32,964 nt of DNA from Spirochaetales bacterium (GCA_031266855.1 JAISAF010000178.1:1-32964); one strand, 5' to 3'; positions 24,276 through 32,964 are shown, numbered from the stretch's first letter. The notes: a model not told the origin generated them from the letters alone. Numbers and translations: made by a program.

Positions 24276-26622
24276 TGGGCCCGCAGGGGTCGGAAAGAGC
24301 AGCGTCGCGAAGATGATTGCGCAAAAGCGTGGTTTCCTGTTTTTAAATTCAGGTGAGTTTTACCGTGCTGTTACCTGGAAAGCGATGAACGGGGGGTCTC
24401 CCCTTGAGGATGAGGGGGCCATTACCGATGCCGCGCGGAATATGGATCTTTCTGTCAGGGATGGAAAACTCTTTCTTGATGGCGTTTGCCGGGAGGAGGA
24501 GCTTCATACCGACAGGATTGACGCGTGGGTCGCGAAACACTCGGCAATTGTAGCGGTGCGTCACGAGGTAAACCGCCGTTTGCGTGAAATCGCTTCGACC
24601 CGCGATGTTGTTATGGAGGGGCGGGATATAGCAACGGTCGTTCTTCCTGGGGCGGAGATCAAAATTTTCCTTGACGCGAAGCCAGAGGCGCGGGCCAGGC
24701 GGCGGTTTCTTCAGGGAACCAGCGGGCTTTCCGAGGCGGAACTGGCCGCGGCTCTGCGCGAGCGCGATAGCATCGATGCCAACAAGGAAGAGGGGAGTTT
24801 AACGCGTGACCGGGACGCGCTTTATATTGACACTTCGGACTTGACGCTAAACGAAGTTTGTGAGAAAGTATTAGCGTTAGTACCGCAAAAGAAGATCACC
24901 GGCAGGGGTAATATGGCAGAAAACGAAAATAAAGCGTCAGAAGCAGTTCAGTCTCCATCACAGGAGGAATTGCAGGAACAGTACCTCAAAACTCTTGATG
25001 ACCTCGAAGAGGGTCAGCTTGTCGAGGGCCGGGTTGTGGAAGTTGGACAGGAAAATGTCTTTGTTGACGTGGGTTACAAGTCCGAAGGCAAAATTCCCAT
25101 TCATGAATTCCCGGCCCCCCCGGAGATTGGAGACACGGTTCAGGTCGTCCTGATGAAAAAGGAAAACAGGGCGGGGGAGCTTATTGTTTCAAAACAGAAG
25201 GCGGACGAAAAGCTCTTCTGGAAGCAGCTCAAGTCCTGTTTTCAGGAACACAAACCCATTAAGGGGAAGATAACAAAAACCATCAAGGGCGGCTTCGAGG
25301 TGGATCTCGGGTTTGGTATTTCCGGCTTCAATCCCATCTCCAAGATTGATATTCACCGGGTTGAGGATCCGGAAAAATATGTTGGTCTTGAGTCCAGCTT
25401 CCTGGTTGAAAGAATTTACAACGAAAACAGGATCAATATCATTCTGTCGCGGAGAAACTGGCTGGAAGAAGAAACAATTAGAAAACGCGAGGATTTCTTT
25501 GCCAATACACAGATTGGCGATGAGGTCGAAGGAACAGTGAAAAGTTTTACTTCCTTTGGCGCCTTTGTCGATTTGGGAGGTTTCGACGGCCTTCTGCATA
25601 TTAACGATATGAGTTGGGGGCATGTTACCCGGCCAAAGGACTATGTGAAAAAGGGTCAGGAAATACGCCTCAAGGTTATCAAGCTTGATACGGAAACCCA
25701 GAAGATTAATCTTTCATTGAAACATTTCGAGGAAGATCCCTGGATGCATTTCGAGGAAAACTTTGCCGCTGGCGATGTTATTAAAGGCAGAGTAACCAAA
25801 CTGGCCGATTTCGGCGCGTTTATTGAGCTTGCCGAAGGTATCGAGGGGCTGGCTCATATTTCCGAATTTTCATGGGTCAAGCGGATTAACCACCCCAGGG
25901 AAATTCTGAAAGTCGGGGACGAAGTCGAGGCGAAAATTCTCGCGTATGATATAAACGCGGGGCGCATCTCCCTTGGACTTAAACAGGTTCACATGAATCC
26001 CTGGGATGAAATTGGCGAGAAATATCCCAGGGGCATGAGGCTGACGCGTAAGGTAAAGAAAGTTACTGGTTCGGGGGCCTTTATCGAACTGGAAGAGGGT
26101 ATTGACGGATTTCTTCATGCGGACGATCTGTCCTGGACAAAAAAGATCAAAAATCCCGGTTCTGTTTTGAAAGAGGGCGAAGATATCGAAGTTATTGTGA
26201 TCGACATCTATCCCGAAGAACGGAACATCCGTCTTGGCATGAAACAGCTTTCGGAGGATCCCTGGATATCCCTGAAAAAAGCCTATCCAGAACGCAGTAT
26301 CATTGAGGGCGAGATAACCAATATTACGGACTTTGGTATTTTCGTAAAGGTTCAGGGTGGAATTGAAGGGCTTATCAGCAAGATGAATGTTGCCGAGCGC
26401 GCGAGCGATGATGCGGACGCGGCATTGAAGAAGTTCTCCTCGGGAGATAAGATTAAGGCCGTTGTGCTGGAAATCAATTCCGCCAGGCAGAAACTGGCTC
26501 TTTCCCTGAGAGAATTCCAGAAAAAACAGCAAAGGGAAGAATTGCAGAAATACATACAGGATGAGGATTCAGGATCAACCTTTACGCTGGGGGATTTCCT
26601 GAAAGACAAGGAAAATGCCTGA
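24259..26622 (+). CDS. cmk/rpsA: fused cytidylate kinase / 30S ribosomal protein S1
   Basis: The first 215 or so residues are Cmk (VAIDGPAGVGKSSVAKMIA, GRDIATVV). After a short linker come six S1 (OB-fold) repeats of the G.V..(V/I)..FGAF(V/I)(D/E)L type. It is one uninterrupted frame. Confidence 0.92.
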   Translation: MVVAIDGPAGVGKSSVAKMIAQKRGFLFLNSGEFYRAVTWKAMNGGSPLEDEGAITDAARNMDLSVRDGKLFLDGVCREEELHTDRIDAWVAKHSAIVAVRHEVNRRLREIASTRDVVMEGRDIATVVLPGAEIKIFLDAKPEARARRRFLQGTSGLSEAELAAALRERDSIDANKEEGSLTRDRDALYIDTSDLTLNEVCEKVLALVPQKKITGRGNMAENENKASEAVQSPSQEELQEQYLKTLDDLEEGQLVEGRVVEVGQENVFVDVGYKSEGKIPIHEFPAPPEIGDTVQVVLMKKENRAGELIVSKQKADEKLFWKQLKSCFQEHKPIKGKITKTIKGGFEVDLGFGISGFNPISKIDIHRVEDPEKYVGLESSFLVERIYNENRINIILSRRNWLEEETIRKREDFFANTQIGDEVEGTVKSFTSFGAFVDLGGFDGLLHINDMSWGHVTRPKDYVKKGQEIRLKVIKLDTETQKINLSLKHFEEDPWMHFEENFAAGDVIKGRVTKLADFGAFIELAEGIEGLAHISEFSWVKRINHPREILKVGDEVEAKILAYDINAGRISLGLKQVHMNPWDEIGEKYPRGMRLTRKVKKVTGSGAFIELEEGIDGFLHADDLSWTKKIKNPGSVLKEGEDIEVIVIDIYPEERNIRLGMKQLSEDPWISLKKAYPERSIIEGEITNITDFGIFVKVQGGIEGLISKMNVAERASDDADAALKKFSSGDKIKAVVLEINSARQKLALSLREFQKKQQREELQKYIQDEDSGSTFTLGDFLKDKENA

Positions 26623-26642
26623 GCAGGATGAAGTAAAGACCG

Positions 26643-28151
26643 ATGTTCAATCAGGCTATAGATCCGAAAAAATTTGAAACTTTTATCAGGATCAATAATC
26701 TCATCAATGCCGACTATGATGATATTCAGATTCTTCTGACATCGATTCTTGAGTCGGCGATGCGCCTGGTGGGGGGGGAGGCTTCCTCCCTGCTTCTTGT
26801 GGAAAACGATAGCCGGAAACTTTTTTTTGAGCTTGCTTTGGGCTGCCGGGGACCGGAAGTAAAACAGTTTTCACTTAATCCGGGAGACGGTATAGCCGAC
26901 TGGGTTGTGGAACATGGGACTTCCCTGAGTGTGAACGAAGGGGAGAAGGATGAAAAATTTTTTTCCGATATTAGCACTCAGGTAGGATTTCCCGCGGCTT
27001 CCATTGCGGCTGTTCCTATGAGTGTCAGGGACAGGGCTATAGGCGTTATTGAACTTATCAGGAAAAAGGGCGACAGGCGTTTTACCCAGGAAGACCTGGA
27101 CTGGCTGGAAGTTTTTGCGGCGCAGTCGGCCCTGGCTGTTCAGAATATGCAGAGTTTCCAGAAAGCGCGCGAGGAAATCGGTATTCTCCGCGACCAGGTG
27201 GCTTCCAGAAACGGGTTCCATACTTTTGTCGGCGTAAGCGGGGCCATTAAGGAAAAACTTGATATTGCGAGAAAAGTAGCTGCTTCCGATTCTTCGGTTC
27301 TGATTCTTGGGGAAAGCGGGGTGGGGAAGGAGCTTTTTGCCGAGCAGATACATTTACACAGCCCGCGCAGAAACGGGCCGTTCATCAAGGTAAACTGCCC
27401 GGCCCTGCCGGAGGGACTTCTGGAAACAGAACTCTTCGGACATGTGAAAGGAGCTTTTACCGACGCGACTTCCATGCGGCGTGGAAGATTCGAGCTTGCC
27501 AGCGGGGGCACGATTTTTCTTGACGAAATCGGGGATATTTCCCTGACGCTTCAGGCGAAACTTCTGCGGGTTTTGCAGCATAAGATTTTTGAGCGTGTAG
27601 GTTCCAGCGATCCGGTTTCAGTGGATGTGCGCGTCGTGGCGGCTACAAACCGGGATATTGAAAAGGAAGTGGAGAAGGGGAGTTTTCGCAGCGATTTGTA
27701 TTACAGGTTAAATGTTCTTCCCCTGTATGTCCCCCCCCTTCGGCAAAGGCCGGAAGACATTATGGAACTTGCGAACTTTTTTTTGAAAAAATTCAATCAG
27801 GAAATAAATAAAAAACTAAAAGGTTTTTCCGAAGCGGCAACGCAGCAGATGTTTATCTATTCCTGGCCGGGAAATGTGCGGGAACTTGAAAACGCCATTG
27901 AGCGGGCTGTTGTTATGGCCCAGGATGATGTGATACGGCAGGAGGACCTTCTTCTGCCGGCAGGAAGGGAAAACGCCGGGGACAACTATAGCGGAAAAAC
28001 CTTCAAGGAAGCGGTGCAGTGTTTCAAAAAATATTTTCTTGCCGGCGCCCTGAAATCTCACAAATGGAATCAGACGGAGACGGCAAAAATCCTGGGAATC
28101 CAGCGGACATATTTAACAAAACTTGTAAAAGAACTGGAAATAAACAAGTAA
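26643..28151 (+). CDS. sigma-54-dependent transcriptional activator with N-terminal GAF domain (FhlA-like enhancer-binding protein)
   Basis: GAF-like N-terminus, AAA+ core (GESGVGKELFA, ELFGHVKGAFTDA, GGTIFLDEIGD, VRVVAATNRD, FRSDLYYRLNV, WPGNVRELEN) and a C-terminal Fis-type HTH (ETAKILGIQRTYLTKLVKEL). Confidence 0.9.
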   Translation: MFNQAIDPKKFETFIRINNLINADYDDIQILLTSILESAMRLVGGEASSLLLVENDSRKLFFELALGCRGPEVKQFSLNPGDGIADWVVEHGTSLSVNEGEKDEKFFSDISTQVGFPAASIAAVPMSVRDRAIGVIELIRKKGDRRFTQEDLDWLEVFAAQSALAVQNMQSFQKAREEIGILRDQVASRNGFHTFVGVSGAIKEKLDIARKVAASDSSVLILGESGVGKELFAEQIHLHSPRRNGPFIKVNCPALPEGLLETELFGHVKGAFTDATSMRRGRFELASGGTIFLDEIGDISLTLQAKLLRVLQHKIFERVGSSDPVSVDVRVVAATNRDIEKEVEKGSFRSDLYYRLNVLPLYVPPLRQRPEDIMELANFFLKKFNQEINKKLKGFSEAATQQMFIYSWPGNVRELENAIERAVVMAQDDVIRQEDLLLPAGRENAGDNYSGKTFKEAVQCFKKYFLAGALKSHKWNQTETAKILGIQRTYLTKLVKELEINK

Positions 28152-28161
28152 GGAGTTTTTG

Positions 28162-28896
28162 ATGGCGACAGCAGAGCGCGCCGCGCAGCAGCGGAGATTT
28201 ATTGATGAGATTTCCTCTTTTGTGCAGCACAGACGAAAAGTGTTTATTTTTCTGGCAATACTGATTATTGCCGGTCTTATCGGGCTTGTGATTGTACTTC
28301 AAATAAGAAAAAACCGGCAGGAAGCCTCCCTCATACGGCTTGAGGCTGTGGAAAAGCAGCAGGCCGAGTGGATAAGCGCGCGTGAGGAAGCGGACAAGGA
28401 AAACGCCGAAGCGGATGTTGTTTCCAATGCGCAGACTCTTGAAACTGAACTTATAGAGGCTGCCGAAGCGCTTGTCAGGGAATATAAGGGACTGTATGCG
28501 CAGATGCGGGCTTATGATATCCTGGCTTCCGCCGCTTTCACAAAAAAGGAATACGAAAAAGCCGCGCGGCTATGGACAGACCTTGCCGGTGAACATGCGC
28601 AAAGTTATTTCGCGCCTCTTGCGCTGCTCAACGCCGCCGCCGCGTGGGAAGAGGCTGGGAATCAGGACAGGGCCGTAGAGGCTTTAACGGAGATTCTTGA
28701 AAAATTTTCAACGACCTTCCCCGATATACCGCGAGTCCTTTCCCTGCTGGGCTGGTTTGCCGAAAACAGCCAGCGCTTTGAAGACGCGAAAACGTATTAC
28801 AACCGCCTTATCGATGAGTATCAGGGCAGTAGTTGGACAAAACTGGCACACAATCGTATAATTCGTTTGCAGATAGAGAATAAAATTTCAAAGTAG
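28162..28896 (+). CDS. membrane-anchored TPR-like protein (YfgM-like architecture)
   Basis: AGGAG lies 6 nt upstream of the ATG at 28162. There is one TM helix (VFIFLAILIIAGLIGLVIVLQI) followed by a helical-repeat region (ALLNAAAAWEEAGNQDRAVEALTEIL...YYNRLIDEY). Confidence 0.7.
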   Translation: MATAERAAQQRRFIDEISSFVQHRRKVFIFLAILIIAGLIGLVIVLQIRKNRQEASLIRLEAVEKQQAEWISAREEADKENAEADVVSNAQTLETELIEAAEALVREYKGLYAQMRAYDILASAAFTKKEYEKAARLWTDLAGEHAQSYFAPLALLNAAAAWEEAGNQDRAVEALTEILEKFSTTFPDIPRVLSLLGWFAENSQRFEDAKTYYNRLIDEYQGSSWTKLAHNRIIRLQIENKISK

Positions 28897-28902
28897 AGGA
28901 AT

Positions 28903-31242
28903 ATGGCGGGAAACAGGAAGCGATCGAAATTTTTTGAAACCCGGTATTTTGGTTTCGTTATTGCTGCGTGTACAATTTTTATACTTCTTCTTGCGCGGCA
29001 GTTTACCGCCGTACCCGGCTGGATAGAACTGAAAGTGCTCGACACGCACTTCAATTTGAAAGAAACTGTTCGCACTGAACATATCCGGGAAAGCGTTACC
29101 CACGAAGAACGCAACCCCGATATTTCACCGGATATCACGATTTTCGGAATTGATTTCGCGAGTCTGAATGCCTTTGGCCGCTGGCCCTTTCCCCGCTACC
29201 GTCACGCGAACCTGCTTGACGCCCTCAGCAATATTCAGAATCAGAACGACAGGGAAAACGCGGTCTTTATGGATATTTTCTTTATTGAACCGGACACGCA
29301 GCAGGCGGTTAATGACGCTCTTCTCACCGAAAGTATACAAAACAATGGCAGGGTTTTTCTGGAAACCGTTCTGGATTTGAACCCCCCGCCGCGGGGCACG
29401 GAGGAAGAGTTTTTCACCAGAGAGGAGGCCCTGTATGCGGATACCGGCTCGATACGGGTTCATGGCAACTGGGAAAGACTAACGCCGTTTTACGGTCTCC
29501 AGCCGCCGCTTATCCCCTATGGAAAAGTGGCAAAAGGATACGGGCACGCGAATTATCTGGAAGACTCCGATAAGATTTACCGCAGGCAGCCTCTTGTAGC
29601 CCGTTCTTCCCGGCTCCTGGAAACCCTGAAACTGGAGGATATTGTGTCCGGCTATACGCTGGACAGGGAAAACTATGAATGGCTGTGCTGGACGGATGTA
29701 AAAGGCATAGATCGTGTTGTTCCTTACCCTATAACGGACGCCGTGCTTTCTTCCCTCAGGAATGAAATGGCGCAAAACGCTCCTGTCCGGGAAGAGGATA
29801 CGGACGGCGATGGAAAAACCGACATAAGCTATCATACACTGAGAAAATACCAGGATCATTTTACCCCCGCTGTTACCCTTTCCCTTGCGCTAAACTACTT
29901 CGGGAAAACCCTCAGCGACATTGAGATTGTCCTGGGCAGTCACATACGCATACCTTCACCCCAGTACTTTGATACAAACACTGAAAGCTGGATACCATAC
30001 CGCGTTCCCGGCAGGGATACGGAACTCCAGGAAATTGTTATTCCCATAAATGAAAACGCCGAAATGCTGGTCAATTACATGGGCGGCCCATCAACTTCGG
30101 ACGGGGAGGGGACTTTTCCCGTCCGCTCCTACGCTACCTACGCTTCCCGCGTTCCAGGCCCCGACCCTTCGACATGGCCGCGTACCTGGGCCTTGCGGAA
30201 TAAAATCGTCATGCTTGGTTCGTTTACCCAGGGAATGGCAGCGGACGAAAAACCAACGCCCTTTGGATTAATGTTCGGGGTGGAGATTCACGCGAACGCC
30301 TTAAACACAATCCTCATGAATAAATTCCTAACCAACGCGCCCTGGTGGCTGGATATGCTCATCCTCTGGTTTCTGGTACTGGGCATCGCTTTTCTGGCTT
30401 CCCGTTTCTCGCCGCTCCTGTCCGGCATAGCTGTCATTTTTGCCGTAATCGCGTATTTTATTCTAACGACAATTATATTTGATAACAACGCGCTTATTTT
30501 AAATTTTTCCCTGCCGTCAATAGCTGCGATAATTACTTTTACCGCCATCGTTGTTTACCGTACCATGACAGAAGAAAGGGAAAAAAAGCTCATCAGGGAA
30601 ATGTTCGGTAAATATGTAAGCCCCCAGGTTGTGGACGAACTTCTGAAAAAACCCCCGGAGCTTGGCGGAGTAGACCGTGAACTGACTGTTTTCTTCTCCG
30701 ATATCCGTGGCTTTACCACAATGTCGGAAAGTATGACGCCGCAGGAACTGGTCAATCACCTGAATGTTTATTTAACCGCGATGACCGATATAATTGTCAA
30801 AGAGTATAACGGAACCCTGGACAAATATGTCGGGGACGAGATTATGTGTTTCTGGGGCGCGCCGCTGCCACAGGCGGATCACGCCATACTTGCCTGCAAA
30901 TGCGCCTGTAAACAAATGCAGGTTCTGCATGAACTCAACACGGGCTGGCCCAGGGAAAAACGCATCAACATCGGCATAGGCATCAACTCCGGCATTATGA
31001 CGGTTGGCAACATGGGCTCGCCGGGACGGATGAACTATACCCTGATGGGCGATAACGTGAATCTTGGCGCCCGGCTTGAAGGAACAAACAAAGCCTACAC
31101 CACCAATATTATTTTAAGCGAGTATACCTACGGCCTGGTAAAAGACCGGGTACTGGTCCGCGAACTGGATAACATACGGGTAAAAGGAAAAAATAAACCT
31201 GTCGTTATTTATGAATTAATTGACGTGCCGGAGGCGGGCTAA
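28903..31242 (+). CDS. CHASE2 sensor domain-containing class III adenylate/guanylate cyclase
   Basis: N-terminal TM helix, periplasmic CHASE2-like region (FGIDFASLNAFGRWPFPRYRHANLLDAL), three TM helices, then the cyclase core (VFFSDIRGFTTMSE, YVGDEIMCFWGAP, GINSGIMTVGNMGS, YTLMGDNVNLGARLEG). Confidence 0.88.
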   Translation: MAGNRKRSKFFETRYFGFVIAACTIFILLLARQFTAVPGWIELKVLDTHFNLKETVRTEHIRESVTHEERNPDISPDITIFGIDFASLNAFGRWPFPRYRHANLLDALSNIQNQNDRENAVFMDIFFIEPDTQQAVNDALLTESIQNNGRVFLETVLDLNPPPRGTEEEFFTREEALYADTGSIRVHGNWERLTPFYGLQPPLIPYGKVAKGYGHANYLEDSDKIYRRQPLVARSSRLLETLKLEDIVSGYTLDRENYEWLCWTDVKGIDRVVPYPITDAVLSSLRNEMAQNAPVREEDTDGDGKTDISYHTLRKYQDHFTPAVTLSLALNYFGKTLSDIEIVLGSHIRIPSPQYFDTNTESWIPYRVPGRDTELQEIVIPINENAEMLVNYMGGPSTSDGEGTFPVRSYATYASRVPGPDPSTWPRTWALRNKIVMLGSFTQGMAADEKPTPFGLMFGVEIHANALNTILMNKFLTNAPWWLDMLILWFLVLGIAFLASRFSPLLSGIAVIFAVIAYFILTTIIFDNNALILNFSLPSIAAIITFTAIVVYRTMTEEREKKLIREMFGKYVSPQVVDELLKKPPELGGVDRELTVFFSDIRGFTTMSESMTPQELVNHLNVYLTAMTDIIVKEYNGTLDKYVGDEIMCFWGAPLPQADHAILACKCACKQMQVLHELNTGWPREKRINIGIGINSGIMTVGNMGSPGRMNYTLMGDNVNLGARLEGTNKAYTTNIILSEYTYGLVKDRVLVRELDNIRVKGKNKPVVIYELIDVPEAG

Positions 31243-31248
31243 TGTTTT

Positions 31249-31462
31249 GGAATTCAAACTTCGGGCGCATTCCGTGGGCGCGTAAGCGCCCGCTACAATC
31301 CATTACTTATCGGAAAGCGACCGTCTTCGGGCGCATTTTTGGCGCTTCGCGCCAAAAACCGGGCTTTCCGCTCCAATCTTTTTGCCTGCGGCAAAAAGGA
31401 TTTCCGCTGCAATCCCTTGCGCGCGCCCAGCGGCAGCACAAAATTGAATACTCAATTTTGCC
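31249..31462. repeat. half mosaic repeat: family B module plus one inverted family A arm plus a terminal hairpin
   Basis: 31286-31371 is about 92% identical to 14281-14366. 31354-31427 is an inverted family A arm with a different internal hairpin. Hairpins are at 31276-31291, 31336-31358, 31378-31398 and 31439-31460. Confidence 0.85.
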
Positions 31463-31499
31463 CTGTACCCACAGGATTACCTGAAAACCGGAGCGCCGC

Positions 31500-32402
31500 A
31501 TGCGGAATAAACCCGTTTGTAATATAAAAATATTGAAATACTTTTTCGGCATCGCGTTTTTTATGCTGATCTTTTCCGCCTGCGGCCTGAACGAACTGGT
31601 GTATCTGTCCCCCATTGAAGACGGAAGGGTGGTGATAGACCCCGGGGCGAATGGCCTTGTGTTTTTCCATAATACAGGAAATAACGGACTTATTTCAAAT
31701 AATAATTTTCTTGGATATGAAGTTTTCTATAAATTTTATCCTTATGACAACTTTACCACCCTCGTTGAAGCGGACAGGGTGTATTTCTATGATCGCTTTA
31801 TCTCCAGTGAATCCGCCATAACGGCCCAGGGCTTCCAGCCCCTGTACAGGTCGGCGGATAATCTTGGGGCGCTGCCCGCGAACCCCTTGCAGCGCCCCAA
31901 CCGGCCTTTTCTTCCGGTATCTTCCGCCGGAGCCTATTCTTATGTTATCAGTTTTCCCACTGGCACGGGTTCCGGTACATTAACCAATATTTTACCGGGT
32001 ATTCCATCGAGCAATCCAATTCCAATCGCGACGCCTACCCAGTATGACCAGCCTGTTTTCAGGATATTTAATGTTAATTATCTTCAGAATCCTTCGCTTG
32101 CTCCGGCAAATTACTTCTATCTGTACAGGATCCTCAACACGACGCAGAATAATTACCAGAAAAGTTTTCTGCCGCGGCTGAATGCCACATACACAGAGCC
32201 GGGATCGCCAGCAATAAATTTCAGTTATTATAATAGTTCAGGAGATCCCGATATTCAGCGCCTGTCAGGATACACGGCGGGAAGTCCTTTATGCGTTGGG
32301 TTCTGTGTTGTTGCCTATGGAAGTGAAAACTTCAGTCCTATCTACAGCGAAGCGGTTGTCATAAACGCCGGCCCGAGGTATGGAATTTATGTCCAGTTTT
32401 AA
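31500..32402 (+). CDS. lipoprotein of unknown function
   Basis: GGAG lies 6 nt upstream of the ATG. The signal peptide has a lipobox (LIFSAC). The mature part is Asn/Tyr/Pro-rich and I recognise no motif in it. Confidence 0.65.
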   Translation: MRNKPVCNIKILKYFFGIAFFMLIFSACGLNELVYLSPIEDGRVVIDPGANGLVFFHNTGNNGLISNNNFLGYEVFYKFYPYDNFTTLVEADRVYFYDRFISSESAITAQGFQPLYRSADNLGALPANPLQRPNRPFLPVSSAGAYSYVISFPTGTGSGTLTNILPGIPSSNPIPIATPTQYDQPVFRIFNVNYLQNPSLAPANYFYLYRILNTTQNNYQKSFLPRLNATYTEPGSPAINFSYYNSSGDPDIQRLSGYTAGSPLCVGFCVVAYGSENFSPIYSEAVVINAGPRYGIYVQF

Positions 32403-32715
32403 GGATTTTTTACAGATGGGGAAGCATTTGCCGGTTAATTTTATTACGATAGGTCTTATTTATATCGTAATCGGTTTCGGGCTGTCACTGTTCTTTTATT
32501 ATATCCTGAAAAAAAAATTTATCGGCAGGGTCTGGGGGGCAGTCCTGGTAGGAACAGCCGGTTCCTTTGCTGGAGGCCTTGTCAACGTTCTTGTCCAGGA
32601 TTTCAAATTCCTCAATTTCGCATTTTTCACAGTCAATATAATCCCGCCATGTATCGTATCCTGTGTGTTTCTATGGATTTTCAGTAAAATAAGCAGCGCG
32701 CCCGAAACCTATTAG
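32380..32715 (+). CDS. small integral membrane protein (3 predicted TM helices; possibly GlsB/YeaQ/YmgE-like)
   Basis: Hydrophobic segments and a Gly-zipper-like stretch (GAVLVGTAGSFAGGLV). It overlaps the end of the upstream lipoprotein gene. The start is uncertain (32380, 32389 or 32416). The family assignment is tentative. Confidence 0.5.
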   Translation: MEFMSSFKDFLQMGKHLPVNFITIGLIYIVIGFGLSLFFYYILKKKFIGRVWGAVLVGTAGSFAGGLVNVLVQDFKFLNFAFFTVNIIPPCIVSCVFLWIFSKISSAPETY

Positions 32716-32868
32716 CCATATCCAATCCTGTGATGAACTGCCGACAGTGTCGGACAGGAAAAACGCTAAATCATTATAGTATAACAAGTTAAGGAATAAC
32801 TTCCAGAAGAAGTTTGTAAAAAAGCCAAAACCGGACAAATAATTTACTTCCGATAATGCATATTCTGT

Positions 32869-32964
32869 CTACCAATCGAAAAGGTTCTCACGGCGGCGGA
32901 GGTCGAGGAGATTTTCCGGATTATCCTTGCGAACAAAAAGCTTGCGCGTGAACAGCTTGAGGAA
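32869..32964 (-). CDS. possible 3' end of a minus-strand gene that continues beyond the window
   Basis: The minus-strand frame is open from the window edge to TAG (complement of 32869-32871) and reads ...FLKLFTRKLFVRKDNPENLLDLRRRENLFDW. The + strand frame over the same bases is also open but has no canonical start after its upstream TAA (32854-32856). Confidence 0.2.
   Translation of the reverse strand, partial: FLKLFTRKLFVRKDNPENLLDLRRRENLFDW

Noticed and set aside
28844-28860. Sigma-54 promoter candidates containing TGGCAC (28844-28849 and 31961-31966).
   Set aside because: Neither has the TTGC(A/T) -12 element at the required 5-nt spacing, and both lie inside coding sequence.
1-32964. 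A defence island, prophage, integrative element or toxin-antitoxin system somewhere in the window.
   Set aside because: Every ORF of meaningful length has a housekeeping or envelope/signalling identity. The two tyrosine recombinases have full XerC/XerD-type motifs and conserved neighbours. There are no nucleases, methylases, ATPase-nuclease pairs, phage structural genes or att-like direct repeats flanking a gene block.

Overview
This window is a continuous block of core housekeeping genes, and every credible CDS is on the + strand. It most likely comes from a Treponema-type spirochaete. That is an inference from the cytidylate kinase-ribosomal protein S1 fusion, the reduced dcw cluster and the relaxed lipoboxes. 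Gene order: alpha/beta hydrolase fragment | 665-bp AT-rich non-coding leader with a poly(C)20 tract | GLUG-repeat surface lipoprotein | coiled-coil membrane protein | mraZ-rsmH-ftsL-murF-mraY-ftsW-ftsQ-ftsA-ftsZ | xerD | TPR lipoprotein-dprA-topA-xerC-hslV-hslU | scpA-scpB-rluB-cmk/rpsA-GAF/sigma-54 activator-TPR membrane protein-CHASE2 adenylate cyclase | lipoprotein + small membrane protein. I saw no tRNA or rRNA genes, CRISPR arrays, transposases, phage genes or recognisable defence genes. The unusual content is non-coding. Nearly every intergenic gap longer than 100 bp is filled with modular, hairpin-forming dispersed repeats (335-430, 2933-3000, 3738-4033, 14181-14801, 21765-22136, 31249-31462). 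The repeat arms are about 72-85 nt and roughly 90-95% identical between loci. They combine into mosaic, MITE/BIME-like composites with long inverted arms and arrays of different palindromes. Other points worth a second look are the 20-nt poly(C) tract upstream of the surface lipoprotein gene, a likely promoter plus MraZ-box operator, two overlapping protein-like reading frames sharing one ribosome-binding site, and a GAF/sigma-54 activator-TPR-CHASE2 cyclase module attached to a housekeeping operon. I do not see a convincing new protein-based system here. The repeat architecture is the best candidate for something undescribed. All functional calls come from reading the sequence by eye and recognising motifs; no searches were run.
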